Positions 55,912 through 58,070 of a stretch of DNA of 58,070 bases are shown piece after piece (position 1 is the stretch's first letter; every line of letters begins with the position of its first letter). Below the pieces are notes generated by a model that saw nothing but the letters and a program-made list of their open reading frames with translations, searched no databases and was not told where the DNA came from. The position numbers and the translations under genes were made by a program. Where the stretch lies: positions 1-58,070 of IMG/VR virus record IMGVR_UViG_3300037508_001223. The stretch is one strand, 5' to 3'. The DNA is from a virus (taxonomy: Duplodnaviria; Caudoviricetes).

Positions 55912-57096
55912 ATGGCTGACACGAGTGCGATTACGATTCAGCAGGCTTTCCAAACTCCCTTTGTCAAGGGTGTGGTTAGCCAGTTTCCTACGCCGGACAA
56001 TGCGTTCCAACGGTTTTATGGGTCGATGACGAATCGTACCTTTACGCCGGTTCGCGTATTCGGTTGGGATCAGTTCAACAAAACCCGTACCATCGCTACG
56101 ATGGCGGCTCCGATGACGGATGCGAACGTCATTCGTCGTCAGAAAATCGGTACGAAGACTGGGGCTTTGCTCCGCATGGCGGAAAAGCTTCAGATCTTCG
56201 ACGAGGAGATCGCCAACCTTCGCCCGCCGGGTGCTCCTATTGGCACTTTGGATGCTCGTGGCGAACAATGGGCTGTTCGTCAGATTGATTTTATGACGCA
56301 ACGCCATCGTAACTTGATGGAGTTTGCGTTGGTAAAGACGTTCTTGGGTGGTTTTGGTTTGGCTCAAACGGGGCAGCAGTTCCGTATGACCGAGCTTAAC
56401 GCCTCGGGCAACTCTTTCGACATCGACCAGGGAATTCCCGCATCTCACAAGGATCAGTTGGCCTTGGACGATGATGGAAGCAACCTGATCGACAAGTCGT
56501 GGGAAGATCCTTCGGCGGATCTTGTCAGCTTCTTCTTCGGGTTGAAGCGGGCGGCCATTCGAGAGACGGGCTTTGATCCGAAGCACGTCTGGATCAGTGG
56601 AAAGACTGCTGGGTACTTGATGCAGAATATTGGCCTCCAGTCGATTGGGGGCTCGGCTAATCGAGTCTGGAACACGGTTACGGGTCAACCTGCCCAGGTC
56701 GATCCTGCGAGCCGTAATCTGGGCGGCTACAGCATCAAGTTCAACGCGGTGCCGTGGCTTGACTTCCACGTCAATGACGCGGTTGTTTCTCTGGGAGATG
56801 GCTCCGATCCGCAAGGAACGGATGCTACGACCGTTGCTGGAACGACTCGAATTCTTCCCATCAACCGAGCCATCATTACTCCTGATCCGAGTCCTGAATG
56901 GTTCACGGTCTACGAGGGGCAAGAACCGGTACAAGAGCAAGTCAATTCGAGTCCTACGGTGGCTCGTGGCTTCCATTCCTGGAGTCGTCGAATGCTGAAC
57001 GCCCTGGCTCCTAGCCGGGAAGCGTACATGCTCGACAACTTCCTGCCGGTGCTCGTGATTCCTAACGCGATCTACTGTCCTACAGTCGTGTTCTAG
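55912..57096 (+). CDS. Major capsid protein (HK97 fold, lambda E-like)
   Basis: 394 aa; W.DPSAD, LPVLVIPNAI C-terminus; synteny; followed by a terminator. Confidence 0.8.
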   Translation: MADTSAITIQQAFQTPFVKGVVSQFPTPDNAFQRFYGSMTNRTFTPVRVFGWDQFNKTRTIATMAAPMTDANVIRRQKIGTKTGALLRMAEKLQIFDEEIANLRPPGAPIGTLDARGEQWAVRQIDFMTQRHRNLMEFALVKTFLGGFGLAQTGQQFRMTELNASGNSFDIDQGIPASHKDQLALDDDGSNLIDKSWEDPSADLVSFFFGLKRAAIRETGFDPKHVWISGKTAGYLMQNIGLQSIGGSANRVWNTVTGQPAQVDPASRNLGGYSIKFNAVPWLDFHVNDAVVSLGDGSDPQGTDATTVAGTTRILPINRAIITPDPSPEWFTVYEGQEPVQEQVNSSPTVARGFHSWSRRMLNALAPSREAYMLDNFLPVLVIPNAIYCPTVVF

Positions 57097-57122
57097 GACG
57101 GGATTACGTGGATAACAAGACG

Positions 57123-57159
57123 CTCCCGTCGTTGACAACAGCGATGGGAGTTTCTGTTT
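57123..57159 (+). terminator. Rho-independent terminator
   Basis: CTCCCGTCGTTG/CAGCGATGGGAG followed by TTTCTGTTT. Confidence 0.85.
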
Positions 57160-57191
57160 CAGGCCCTAGAATAAGGTAAGGGGCGTGATGA

Positions 57192-57530
57192 GTGTCGGAC
57201 CAAGAAAAAACCTTGCTCCTTCTTCAGTCGGCGACAGTAGCGACAACATTCCTGGCGTCGGCTGTACTAGGGGGAATCGGATGGGTTCAGAGATCCAGCA
57301 ATCGGACAAAGCTTGGCTGCGTAGTGGCATCAGCGAACTGTGGTGCTGTAGGCTTTCTTTTTGCAGGAGTGCTCTTGGTGTACTCGCAAGAAGCTTACCT
57401 ACAAGCTTTTATGAGTGGTGCATCGACGGGGTGGATCACGGGAAGATATGGTCTGAAGAAACTACCCGAAATCCTGGGTCTCTTGATGCGTGTTCTAAAA
57501 GTGTTGAGAGACGAATCAATGAAGAGATAG
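57192..57530 (+). CDS. Holin-like membrane protein
   Basis: 112 aa, about three hydrophobic segments, basic C-terminus. Confidence 0.5.
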   Translation: MSDQEKTLLLLQSATVATTFLASAVLGGIGWVQRSSNRTKLGCVVASANCGAVGFLFAGVLLVYSQEAYLQAFMSGASTGWITGRYGLKKLPEILGLLMRVLKVLRDESMKR

Positions 57531-57931
57531 GCTTAAAGATTCTAGGAGCGATTGCTCCAATGGCCTTTGTGGTTATCTGTATGTTTGGGATGTTCTTCGG
57601 CCTGCTTAACCTCCAGAAAATAAACGCTTACGCCAATGTACCAAAGTCCATTGAAGTGGCTCCAAAGCCTGTCAACACTTCCACAAGCGGTGTTGGGTTG
57701 GTTTCGTTCGACTCCACCGCCCGAAACTGGTAGTCTATTGCCTCCTGGCCCCGAGGAATCGGCCACACCGCCTTGCGTGTCTTGCGGCCATTCTTCTCCA
57801 GAAACATGCCCTTTTTGCGGTGGTCTCAAAGGCTATGCGTCAGTGCCTCCATGTCGGGCTTGCATTAATCGTGGACCGGTTCCAGTATAAAAACCAAATT
57901 CGATAAGCAGCGGATATATGGGGAGCTAAAT

Positions 57932-58070
57932 ATGAATGTGATTGATCCGCTTGTTGCCGAGCTTGCTAGGCCCGAATACGCTGGCCTATCCGATGAGGAC
58001 TGCGCGACGATCATCAACGCCAAAACCGTAAGCTACCGCAAGCCGGTTGAGACAGCGGCGGTAAAAGCTT
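57932..58070 (+). CDS. Hypothetical protein, 3'-truncated
   Basis: GGGGAG RBS, ATG at 57932, open to the window end. Confidence 0.6.
   Translation, partial: MNVIDPLVAELARPEYAGLSDEDCATIINAKTVSYRKPVETAAVKA

Noticed and set aside
54882-57138. Long minus-strand ORFs (320 and 419 aa)
   Set aside because: Antisense shadows of the codon-biased head decoration and capsid genes
57185-57890. Spanin or frameshifted lysis genes after the holin-like ORF
   Set aside because: Overlapping ORFs have unclear starts and no lipobox; cannot be supported by eye
1-58070. Stop-codon recoding or prophage status
   Set aside because: Core genes are intact in the standard code, all three stops end genes, and there is no suppressor tRNA, integrase or host flank

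Overview
Most of the genome of a tailed dsDNA phage, cut inside a gene at both ends. The host is probably a planctomycete (inference from Planctomycete-type cytochrome c and signal-peptide proteins). No integrase, CRISPR array or reverse transcriptase is visible. Layout: neck/tail genes with an oddly placed portal, Cys-rich tail proteins and a GT71-like glycosyltransferase (1-13.8 kb); replication/recombination genes (13.9-24 kb); a run of very basic small proteins (24-27.4 kb); promoter-rich early cassettes (27.6-36.6 kb); TerS followed by a non-coding/early block (36.7-40.8 kb); leftward small genes (40.8-44.8 kb); TerL, a matrixin/cytochrome c module and head genes (45.2-57.1 kb). The most unusual signals are non-coding. 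(i) An ~800-nt structured RNA array holds a tRNA-iMet and two tRNA-mimic RNAs, and a third mimic sits at 33.45 kb. The mimics keep the acceptor stem and T-arm but replace the anticodon domain with variable sequence, and a covarying GACA-stem-GARAGA hairpin precedes the tRNA and one mimic. (ii) A polar motif TCTCTCCCAGAAAA(A/T)A occurs about 25 times, including inside genes. (iii) An HTH-FGE/C-lectin protein carries three tandem DGR-type variable modules with no RT in the window. All calls come from reading the sequence by eye; no searches or folding programs were run.
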